In this document: positions 9,397-17,776 of the stretch, in pieces
Position numbering within the stretch: the stretch's first letter is position 1
Layout: each line of letters begins with the position of its first letter
Source: Pseudomonadota bacterium
Lineage (GTDB): Bacteria > Oederibacteriota > Muellerivitia > Muellerivitales > Muellerivitaceae
Assembly: GCA_021324075.1 (NCBI GenBank)
Contig: JAJPJW010000025.1
Coordinates: forward strand, 43,306 to 107,305
Direction of reading: 5' to 3'
DNA: 64,000 nucleotides
Program-made: the position numbers and the translations under genes
The notes under the pieces: generated by a model
The model's input: only the letters and a program-made list of their open reading frames with translations
Databases searched by the model: none
What the model was told of the DNA's origin: nothing

Positions 9397-12300
9397 TTGG
9401 CGATTTCCCTCTATTTAGGCCCCTACCAGCCCTTCCTCGAAAACGAACTTGCCGCGACCGTCCAAACCCTCCGTCAATCCGATCCCTTGTCACCCTTGGT
9501 TGTCTTGGTCCCCAACCGGGCCCTGGTCCGGCACCTGCGGGAGGAACTGGCCCGGAGGAACGGGTCGACTGTCAATCTGCGTGTCCTAACCCTGCACCAA
9601 TTCCTACTCGAATTCACCGAGGAAAAATGGATCCGGGAGGAAACCCGGCTCCTGCCCGAATCCATCGTTCCCTGGGTGCTGCGCGAGAACGCCAAGAAGG
9701 TCCGGCCCAAGGGCGGCGGGCCCTTTGCGGCGGTGGACAAGACCCCCGGTTTCCCCAAGACCCTGCGGGCCACCCTTTCGGAACTGCGCCAAGGGGGGGT
9801 CACCGCCAAGGAATTGGCCGAATCCGCCAAGGCTATCGGCAAAGCCCGGGACCGCAAGCGCCTGGGGGAGAAATTGGCCGAATTCGCCGCCCTTTTGGAC
9901 GAGAACGGGCGGTGGAAAGCCAAAAACCGTTGGAAGGATCGGGAAGACCTCTATGAGGACGCGCTGGACTTACCTGTTCCCGCCGCCGCCGTCTGGACTT
10001 ACGGGTTTTATGACGCCTCTGTTCTGCAACAAAAAGTTCTACTCCACTTAACCCAAAAACCTAGGATTGCCACGTCGCCAAACGCCCCGATTGGGGCGGC
10101 TCCTCGCAATGACAGTCATTGGTTCATCCCTTATGAAGAGGACCACCCGGCTTTCGAGTACGCGAAACCGTTCGTGGATTGGGCGAAGACGAAGGGAAAG
10201 GTGGCAAAGGTTGAAAAGTGGAAAGGTGAAAAGGGAACGGCCTTAGGAAGGCTGCAATCTGACCTATTTAAATCGGACGACTTAACTGAGATCACCACGC
10301 CCCAAAGCGCGCCGATTGGCGCTGGGGCTCGTGATGACGGCAATTTTGAAAATTCGACGGTCAAGGTCCTCCTTTGTCCCGGCGAACCCCGGGAAATGCG
10401 GGAAGTGGTGCGGGCCGTCACCGAGGAAGCCGAAAGGCGAAAAACCCACTTCTCCCAATGCGGGCTGTTGCTTCGACAACTGGAAACTTACCGGCGCATG
10501 ATCACCCCCGCCTTCGAGGACCAGCAAGTCCCTTTGGCGAAAAAACCCTCCATCTACCTGATGGAAACCCCCGAAGCCAAGGCCTTCCTCCTCTTGTTGG
10601 ACTGTTTCCAGTTGGAATTCGCCCGGGAAAGGCTGATGGACTTCCTGGCCTCTCCCAACCTGGACTCCGAGGGGTTCGGGGTGAGGGAAGAGGATTGGAA
10701 CCCCCATCTTTGGGACCAGGCTTCCAAGGAAGCGGGCGTGGTGGAAGGGGAGGGGGCCTGGATCGACCGGCTGAAAGAATACGAAAGGCCGAGGTCCGGC
10801 AAAGCCTCGTTTGACGAGGAGGGATTCTCAACGGGGGACTCCGCCTCCCTCTCGGCTTTCCGGGTGAAGGTGCTCCAAACGCTTTTCGACGCAAGGCACC
10901 GGTTTGACAAGGAAAAGAACTGGGTCGGGAAGGCGGGGATCCTTTTCGACCTGGCGGAAAAAATTTTCGTGAAGTCCGACGCCAAGGAAGAGTTGAAGAC
11001 CCTGCGGCGGGGCATGGAGATCCTTTCCCGGGAATCCTTCACGGTGGAGAAGGACGAACTGGGGGCCCTCCTCTCGGGGCTTATGGAAGAGGTGAAAATT
11101 CCCTGGAAGGCGCCCGAGGCGGGCGGGGTCGAAGTGTCGGACCTCATGCAGGCCCGGGGCGTGCCCTTCGACGTACTCCTCCTGCCCGGCCTGGTGGAAC
11201 AGGGTTTTCCCCGGGTACCCCGGCCCGACCCCCTGCTCCTGGACGAGGAGCGGCGCATCCTCAACGAGCGCTTTTCCGGCAAGGCCAAGGTGCCCGAAAA
11301 AGCCGAGGGGCGGCTGGAGGAGAAACTGCTCTTCCTGCTGGCGGTACGCGGCGCCCGGCAATGCGTCATCCTCACCGCCTCCCACCTGCACCCCGGCACG
11401 GGGGCGCCCCGGGTCCCTTCCAGCTACCTGCATGAGACCCTGCGGGCGGTCACGGGCGAGCGCCAAACGAAGTGGGGGGATTCCCCCTATGTCCGCAAGG
11501 TCGCGGTGTCCGATTGGGTGCGTGACGCGGGCGAGACCCGTGTGGACGACCTGGAAGAGGTCTTGAGCCGCTTCCAGGAAGCCCGGGAGGGAAATCCCCT
11601 GCCCGCCCAGGCCTATGCCGCCCAGAAGCCTTTTTTCGACGAGGCCCGGAAGCTCCTCAAGGAACGCCAGGGAAGCCGCAAGTTCACGCCCTATGACGGG
11701 GTCTTCCAGGACCCCGCCGCCGTGGAAAAACTCCGCCACGACTATTCCCTCAAGGCCAAGACCCTCTCGGCCTCGCGGCTGGAAACCTACGCCGCCTGCC
11801 CGCTGCGCTATTTCTACCGCTATGTGCTGGGGCTGCAGGTGCACCCCGAACCGGAAAGGGTTTTCCAATTGGACCCGGCGGAAAAGGGCAATCTCATGCA
11901 CTCGATCCTGGAAGAGACACTGGACCGGGGAAAGCAGGACGGCTGGCTGAAGGACCGGAACGGGGAAAAAGCAGCCCAGGCCCTGGCCGAAGAGACCCAA
12001 AAGACCTTCCAGCAGTTTGAAAAAGACGGGGTGACAGGCTCCCCAGCGCTCTGGCAATGGAGCCAGTTCAGCCTGGGCCTCGACTTACGAAAAGCCCTCA
12101 AGAAGGTCCTGGCGGATGAGGAATGGACCCCGGTGGACTTCGAAAAAGCCTTCGGCCGCGAAGGCCAGCCCGAGGTGACCTTTGAAACCCCGGCGGGGAC
12201 TTTCCGATTGGAAGGGTTCATGGACCGGGTGGACCTGTCGGCGGAGGGGAAACACTTGAGGGTGGTGGATTACAAATCCGGGAGCAAGGACGGGTTCAAG

Positions 12301-12657
12301 AACGACAGCGTGAAGGAAGGCACCAAGATCCAGATGCCGCTCTACCTCTGGGCCTGCCGCACCCTTTACCCCGGGGTCGTGCCGCAAGAGGCGGTCTATG
12401 AGTTCCTTACCGCCAAGGGCGATTATGGTTCCATCGGTTTCGACGCGAGTGATTGGAAAAAGGTCGAGGAACCCCTGAAGGCCCTCCTCACCACGGCGTC
12501 CGAAGCGGTGGAGCAGGGGTTGTTCCCGGCGGTCGCCAAGGCGTGCGACCGGTGCGATTACCGGACCCTTTGCGGGCCAGGGGTGGAGAAGCGGGGGGAA
12601 AGAAAGTTAAGAGATCAAAAATTAGAAAAATATTTGAAGTTGACCGAATTGCCATAA
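9397..12657 (+). CDS. addB: AddB-type PD-(D/E)XK nuclease subunit of helicase-nuclease complex (no Walker A), with C-terminal Fe-S cysteine cluster
   Basis: Nuclease motifs SRLETYAACPLRYFYRYVLG and VVDYKSG. Cys cluster CDRCDYRTLCG plus the upstream Cys completes a 4-Cys AddB-like Fe-S signature. ~1086 aa. Confidence 0.65.
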   Translation: MAISLYLGPYQPFLENELAATVQTLRQSDPLSPLVVLVPNRALVRHLREELARRNGSTVNLRVLTLHQFLLEFTEEKWIREETRLLPESIVPWVLRENAKKVRPKGGGPFAAVDKTPGFPKTLRATLSELRQGGVTAKELAESAKAIGKARDRKRLGEKLAEFAALLDENGRWKAKNRWKDREDLYEDALDLPVPAAAVWTYGFYDASVLQQKVLLHLTQKPRIATSPNAPIGAAPRNDSHWFIPYEEDHPAFEYAKPFVDWAKTKGKVAKVEKWKGEKGTALGRLQSDLFKSDDLTEITTPQSAPIGAGARDDGNFENSTVKVLLCPGEPREMREVVRAVTEEAERRKTHFSQCGLLLRQLETYRRMITPAFEDQQVPLAKKPSIYLMETPEAKAFLLLLDCFQLEFARERLMDFLASPNLDSEGFGVREEDWNPHLWDQASKEAGVVEGEGAWIDRLKEYERPRSGKASFDEEGFSTGDSASLSAFRVKVLQTLFDARHRFDKEKNWVGKAGILFDLAEKIFVKSDAKEELKTLRRGMEILSRESFTVEKDELGALLSGLMEEVKIPWKAPEAGGVEVSDLMQARGVPFDVLLLPGLVEQGFPRVPRPDPLLLDEERRILNERFSGKAKVPEKAEGRLEEKLLFLLAVRGARQCVILTASHLHPGTGAPRVPSSYLHETLRAVTGERQTKWGDSPYVRKVAVSDWVRDAGETRVDDLEEVLSRFQEAREGNPLPAQAYAAQKPFFDEARKLLKERQGSRKFTPYDGVFQDPAAVEKLRHDYSLKAKTLSASRLETYAACPLRYFYRYVLGLQVHPEPERVFQLDPAEKGNLMHSILEETLDRGKQDGWLKDRNGEKAAQALAEETQKTFQQFEKDGVTGSPALWQWSQFSLGLDLRKALKKVLADEEWTPVDFEKAFGREGQPEVTFETPAGTFRLEGFMDRVDLSAEGKHLRVVDYKSGSKDGFKNDSVKEGTKIQMPLYLWACRTLYPGVVPQEAVYEFLTAKGDYGSIGFDASDWKKVEEPLKALLTTASEAVEQGLFPAVAKACDRCDYRTLCGPGVEKRGERKLRDQKLEKYLKLTELP

Positions 12658-12684
12658 ATGTGAACGAAAAAGGGATTTGAATTA

Positions 12685-14310
12685 ATGAACGATGACATCA
12701 AAATTTTAATTGAATTACTTAATGCTGAAGGGCGACCTGATATTTCAGAAATTTTTCAAAACGCAGTAAGTGAGCTTAGGGTTTCAGATCAATATGGGAG
12801 TTACTTATTTTCTTTAATTTCTAGTTTTTTAATTTATTTGCCACCGAAAGCTTACGTAAAAGCAAAAAAATTAAAAGAAGAAGACATCAAGTTAATTTTG
12901 GAGTTAGTTTGTGGAATATATCCTTTACAAGACAATGAACCGGAAGTTGTTAAGATCGAATTCATAGTTCAAAAAAATTACTCAACCCAAGAAGTAACAA
13001 ATCAAAAGACATCTAATTCTCGAAAAGAACTTTATTCATTGAAAGGTTTAATTGGAGATGGTGGTTTTGCCGAGGTTTTTGAGGCTGTGGGAAAAGACGG
13101 TAAGATTTATGCCATGAAGTTTTTAAGGGAAGGTCATGATGAAGAAGATATAAAAAGATTCAAACGAGAAGTAAGAATTCAATCTACTTTAAAACATAAC
13201 AACATTGTTTCAGTAATTGACATGGATCTTGAGGCGGATTCTCCTTGGTTTCTAATGCCGAAAGCTTATTTCAATTTAGAAGATTATCTGAAGAAGAATT
13301 ATGGAGAAAGGGAAATACCATTATTTTTTCAAATAGCTGAAGGTGTTTCTTTCGCTCATTCGCAAGGAATTATTCATAGGGATTTGAAACCTTTAAATGT
13401 ATTGATGTTTCCAAGTCAAGATGGAGAAAGCCTTTTTCCTGCAATATCTGATTTTGGTTTGGGCAAAATAATTGAAGGTGATTCTCCCGCGGTAACTTAT
13501 TCAAACACCCCTATTGGAACGATTGGATTTGTTGCACCTGAACAAATTGTAGATGCTAAAAATGCAAGAGAATCAGCAGACATTTATTCTTTAGGAAAAA
13601 TTTTATATCAGATTCTTTCCGGAAAAAATCCTTACCCATCTTTAGACTTTGAATCTTTTCCCAAGAAGTTTTTTTATTCAATTAATAAAGCTACCAACAA
13701 TGATCCAAAACAGAGATACCAAAGTGTGAAAGAATTTTTGGGGGATATTGAATTATTAACTAAAAAAGATATGGAATTTGAAGAGTCTTCGGAAAGTATT
13801 TTAAAAAGAGCCGACGAATTAAAAGAAACTAGTCGTGTTTCGAGCGAGGAGGTAGAAAAATTCGTCAAAACACTCTTTGATATAACTGAAAATAAAATCG
13901 CAATGATTAGGACTCTACCCAAAATACCAGAGCTACTTTTGAAAAGAATGGTAGAAGAACAACCAACGATGTTTAGAGAAATTCTAAAATCCTATGAGTC
14001 ATATATTGATGAAGTTAGTTTTGAATATTGTGATGTTGTTGCCGATCTATATAAAAAAATTTTCTTTTGGACAAATGACAAAGACGTTCAGTTTATAGTC
14101 TTGAAACGCTTGCCAATTCTTGGACTCTCGCATAATCGTTGGCATGTTGGAGAAGTATTTGCTGAATTAGTTCAAAGTTTGAAAGAAGAATCTTTAATTT
14201 TGTTTACAAGAGATGTTTTAAATGAAAACAAACGCGGAGCCGAATGGTGTGAAGCATATCTTTCAAGAGTAAATATTCCGAAACTTGTTAGAAATATATA
14301 TACAAAATGA
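12685..14310 (+). CDS. Hanks-type Ser/Thr protein kinase with unknown N-terminal (~115 aa) and helical C-terminal (~190 aa) domains; strongly AT-rich foreign gene
   Basis: All catalytic motifs are present: GDGGFAEV (Gly loop), YAMKF (Lys), HRDLKPLN, DFG, VAPE, DIYSLG. The gene is roughly 30-35% GC in a >60% GC neighbourhood. Confidence 0.85.
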   Translation: MNDDIKILIELLNAEGRPDISEIFQNAVSELRVSDQYGSYLFSLISSFLIYLPPKAYVKAKKLKEEDIKLILELVCGIYPLQDNEPEVVKIEFIVQKNYSTQEVTNQKTSNSRKELYSLKGLIGDGGFAEVFEAVGKDGKIYAMKFLREGHDEEDIKRFKREVRIQSTLKHNNIVSVIDMDLEADSPWFLMPKAYFNLEDYLKKNYGEREIPLFFQIAEGVSFAHSQGIIHRDLKPLNVLMFPSQDGESLFPAISDFGLGKIIEGDSPAVTYSNTPIGTIGFVAPEQIVDAKNARESADIYSLGKILYQILSGKNPYPSLDFESFPKKFFYSINKATNNDPKQRYQSVKEFLGDIELLTKKDMEFEESSESILKRADELKETSRVSSEEVEKFVKTLFDITENKIAMIRTLPKIPELLLKRMVEEQPTMFREILKSYESYIDEVSFEYCDVVADLYKKIFFWTNDKDVQFIVLKRLPILGLSHNRWHVGEVFAELVQSLKEESLILFTRDVLNENKRGAEWCEAYLSRVNIPKLVRNIYTK

Positions 14311-17300
14311 GTTATTGGAAAAAATTGTGATTTCAGACCAATCCGTTCGGGACCAGGTCATCCATGACCACGAAAGCCTCTTCGCGGTGGACGCGGGGGC
14401 GGGAACTGGCAAAACGACGCTCCTGGTGTCCCGGCTCATCTCGCTGCTCCTGGAAAAGCAGGCGCCCTTAAGCCGCATCGCGGCCATCACGTTCACTGAA
14501 AAGGCTGCCGCCGAACTGGCTGAGCGGTTGCGCTCCAAACTCGAAGAGGCTTTGGGGAAACATCCCGAATCCAAAACCCCTATTCCTCAAGCATTGGAGG
14601 ATATGGAGCGAGCTCCCATTTCCACCATCCACTCCTTCTGCGCGGGGCTCTTGCGGGAATACCCGGTGGAGGCGGGGGTGGATCCCCAATTCACCCTTTT
14701 GGACGAGGTTCAATCCGGGGCCTTCGAGGACCAGGCCTGGGACCATTGGCTCAAGAAGAACCTGGCGAAACCGGTCGAACCCATGTTCCAGTTCTTCCGC
14801 TTGGGCGGCACCTTCGAGCATGTGGATGAACTCAAACAGTTTCTAAAGCGCAACCGCACCCTTTTGACTTTGGCCTCCCCCAAACCCCTGCCTTCCGTGA
14901 AATCTTTCCATGCCCAGTTCAGCACCTTCGTGGCCTTAACGAAGCGGGAAGCCGCCCAATGCGCCAAGCATGAAGACACCCTTTATGAAGCCCTCGAATC
15001 CTTTTGGGCCCAATGTGCGACGATTGAGGGATCGGATGCGGGTGACCTGGACTTCGCCTTGGCAAACCTGAAGGTCCCCAAGGTCGGCAACAAGGGCGCC
15101 CAAGGCAATTGGGGGAAAGAACGGTTGGCGGCACTACGCGAGGGGTTCGTGAAGCTGGCGGAGGACCACCAAACGGCCTTCGCTCCCTTCAAAGAGGCGG
15201 TCATCCTGAACCTGGTCCACTGGGTTGGGAGATACTTGGAGGAATGGGAAAGCCAGAAGGCCCAAGGTGGCTTCCTTGACTTCGACGACCTGCTCCTGAA
15301 GACCCGCGACCTCCTGCGGAATTACCCCGAGGCCCGGGAAGAAATAAAGGGCCGGCTCGACTATCTTTTCGTCGATGAGTTCCAGGATACGGACCCGCTC
15401 CAAGTTGAGATCGTCTTCTTCCTCTGTGAAAAAAAGGGACGGCCCGAAAAGGATTGGAAAAAGGTGAAGCTGGAACAAGGGAAGCTTTTTCTCGTCGGTG
15501 ACCCCAAGCAAAGCATCTACCGTTTCCGGCGGGCGGATGTGGCCATCTACGAAGCCACCAAGGAGCGAATTCTGGCCAACGGGGGCAAGGTCGAGGTGCT
15601 CACCGAAAACTTCCGGACCGTAGGCGGGTTGGTGGAATGGGTCAACGGCTTGTTTCCCACCCAATTCGAGGGGACAGGCATCCACTATCACGCCCTCAAT
15701 GCCAGCCGGGCGAAGGGAAAGACCGAAGGAAGCCTGCCCATCCTCTGGGGCTTGAAGATACCGGCGGCGGGGGAAGAAAAGCCCAGCAAGGCCCTCCTCC
15801 GGCAGCTCGAAGCCGAAACCGTGGCGGCCTTCCTCAAAGACCAAGTGCTCGGCGGCGGGTTCACGGTGTCGGACCCCAAACCCCCTTTCGAGAGGCGTCC
15901 GGTGCGCAAGGGCGATATCGCCATCCTTTTCCGGGACCTCTCCAACGACAACGAGGAATTCTGGGAGGAAGCCCTGCGCAAGCGCGACCTGTCCTACCAG
16001 ATCGTCGGCGGCAAGCGTTTCTACAACCGGCCTGAGATCGTGGCCCTTTCCACCCTTTTGACCTGCCTCTCCTCGCCCGCCGACGAGGCGGCCAACGTCG
16101 CGGTGCTTCGCGGGCCTTTGTTTGGCTTCAGCGACGAGCAATTGTTCCTCCACCGCGCCGGGGGTGGAAATTTTCAATTCCTAAATCCTTCAATCTCAAA
16201 AACAGGCACCCCTCACCCTGGCCCTCTCCCGCAAGGGGAGAGGGGAAATATTAAATTGGCTTTTGTTTACTTGAGGAAATGGCACCAAGCCACCCGGACC
16301 CTGGGGGTGTCGGACACCCTGGCCAAGCTCTATGAAAGCACCAACCTGCTCGCGGTCACGGCGGGCCAGCCCCATGGGGAACAACGCGTGGCCAATTTGA
16401 TGAAGGTCTTGGACCAGGCCCGGGACCTGGAGACTTCCCAACATTTCACCTACCGGGCCTTTACCCAGTGGCTCACCACCCAACAAGAGGAAGGGACGAT
16501 GGAAGGCGAAGCGCCGGGTCCCGATTCCTCCGAGGACCGTATCACGCTCATGACCATCCACAAGGCCAAGGGTTTGGAGTTTCCCATCGTCTTCGTGTCG
16601 GGAATCGCCGCCGACCCCAAGGATTCGGGGAGCCTGGTGGATCGCAAGCATTCGGCGGGCGCCTTCAAGGTGGGCAAGGCAGAGCTGGGTTTGCGCACGA
16701 CGAATTACGAGGCCGTACAGAAAGAGGAGGAAACCCAGCGCAAGGCCGAGGACAGCCGCCTGCTTTACGTGGCCGCCACCCGGGCGAGGGATTGCCTACT
16801 CCTGCCGCATTTTCAATTTACCCCAGGGGGCAAGACCCAGAATGAGAGCCTCTTTGCGGGGCCGCTTCTAAAGGCATTGGAAGAAAAAAACGCTCCCACC
16901 CATTGGGCCGAATCAAAAGAAGGTGAAGAACCTTTGAGCGATCCGCCCGCCTGGGTGGTGCCCCTGGACGAAAAACCAGGCAAAGCTTTGGAGGATGAAA
17001 AAACGAAACTGAAAACCGGGCAGGAAGCCCGCAAGAAGAAAATCGAGGAGATGAGGGGGGAACGCCAATTCAAGTCCGTCAGTTCGGTCCTCCATGTGGA
17101 CGAGGACAAGAAAGATCGGGAAGAACGGGTTTTCGAGGAGCCCGAAGCCGCCTCGCCCTGGGGCGGGAAAGACCTGGGGTCCCTCACCCACCTGCTTTTG
17201 GAAAAGGGATGGGACTGGGACGGGGCGACCTTTGAAAAAGGCGCCGCCTTTTACATTGAGAAAATGGGAATGACGCCCGAACAGGCGGCCCAAGCCTTGG

Positions 17301-17620
17301 ACTGGGTGAAAAAAGCCCTCCAGAGCGACCTCCTCCAAAGGGCCAAAAGATCCGGGAAGGCTTTCCGTGAACTGCCGGTTACCGGCCAAAACCCCGATGG
17401 TTCCTTCTTGAACGCCGTCATCGACCTGGCCTTTTTGGAAGGGGACGAATGGGTGGTGGTGGATTACAAGACCGACCGGGACACGGAAAAACTCAAGGAC
17501 AAGTACCGCCAACAACTGGTCTACTACGGCGACCTCCTGACCCGGTTCACCGGGAAGAAAGTCAAAGAAGCCCACCTTTATTTCCTCCGGCACGACCGCG
17601 TGGACCCCGTTTCTCTTTAA
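14285..17620 (+). CDS. addA: AddA-type ATP-dependent helicase/nuclease (UvrD-like helicase plus C-terminal RecB-family nuclease)
   Basis: Walker A AGAGTGKTT; UvrD motifs; C-terminal nuclease VVVDYKTDR. The track start at 14285 is TTG and overlaps the kinase stop. The conserved N-terminus (SDQSVRDQVI...) suggests the real start is TTG 14315 or GTG 14329, where GC content returns to host-like. Confidence 0.75.
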   Translation: MLEIYIQNELLEKIVISDQSVRDQVIHDHESLFAVDAGAGTGKTTLLVSRLISLLLEKQAPLSRIAAITFTEKAAAELAERLRSKLEEALGKHPESKTPIPQALEDMERAPISTIHSFCAGLLREYPVEAGVDPQFTLLDEVQSGAFEDQAWDHWLKKNLAKPVEPMFQFFRLGGTFEHVDELKQFLKRNRTLLTLASPKPLPSVKSFHAQFSTFVALTKREAAQCAKHEDTLYEALESFWAQCATIEGSDAGDLDFALANLKVPKVGNKGAQGNWGKERLAALREGFVKLAEDHQTAFAPFKEAVILNLVHWVGRYLEEWESQKAQGGFLDFDDLLLKTRDLLRNYPEAREEIKGRLDYLFVDEFQDTDPLQVEIVFFLCEKKGRPEKDWKKVKLEQGKLFLVGDPKQSIYRFRRADVAIYEATKERILANGGKVEVLTENFRTVGGLVEWVNGLFPTQFEGTGIHYHALNASRAKGKTEGSLPILWGLKIPAAGEEKPSKALLRQLEAETVAAFLKDQVLGGGFTVSDPKPPFERRPVRKGDIAILFRDLSNDNEEFWEEALRKRDLSYQIVGGKRFYNRPEIVALSTLLTCLSSPADEAANVAVLRGPLFGFSDEQLFLHRAGGGNFQFLNPSISKTGTPHPGPLPQGERGNIKLAFVYLRKWHQATRTLGVSDTLAKLYESTNLLAVTAGQPHGEQRVANLMKVLDQARDLETSQHFTYRAFTQWLTTQQEEGTMEGEAPGPDSSEDRITLMTIHKAKGLEFPIVFVSGIAADPKDSGSLVDRKHSAGAFKVGKAELGLRTTNYEAVQKEEETQRKAEDSRLLYVAATRARDCLLLPHFQFTPGGKTQNESLFAGPLLKALEEKNAPTHWAESKEGEEPLSDPPAWVVPLDEKPGKALEDEKTKLKTGQEARKKKIEEMRGERQFKSVSSVLHVDEDKKDREERVFEEPEAASPWGGKDLGSLTHLLLEKGWDWDGATFEKGAAFYIEKMGMTPEQAAQALDWVKKALQSDLLQRAKRSGKAFRELPVTGQNPDGSFLNAVIDLAFLEGDEWVVVDYKTDRDTEKLKDKYRQQLVYYGDLLTRFTGKKVKEAHLYFLRHDRVDPVSL
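16165..16272 (+). repeat. Family 2-related element (AT-rich arms plus CCCCTCACCCTGGCCCTCTCCC-GCAAG-GGGAGAGGGG) lying in frame inside the addA ORF
   Basis: ~108-bp low-GC patch inside addA translating to GGNFQFLNPSISKTGTPHPGPLPQGERGNIKLAFVYL. Its left half matches 7123-7144 at 19/22. Confidence 0.4.
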
Positions 17621-17650
17621 CTTTCGGCGGTCGTTCAATTTGAATCGACG

Positions 17651-17745
17651 CCCCCTTTGAAAAAGGGGGGAGGGGGGTATTAGCCTTTGTCTGGGCGAAA
17701 TGATAAGTCTAACTCCCTCTTAGTCCCCCTCTTTCAGAGGGGGAG
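17651..17745. repeat. Family 1 repeat, solo copy: G-tract hairpin CCCCCTTTGAAAAAGGGGGGAGGGGGGTATTAGC plus second hairpin CCCCCTCTTTCAGAGGGGGAG
   Basis: Near-identical copies at 24126-24212 and 25596-25630; an inverted copy at 25982-26018. Confidence 0.6.
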
Positions 17746-17776
17746 AACAGGGGATATTTCAAATTCACCCACTCTA

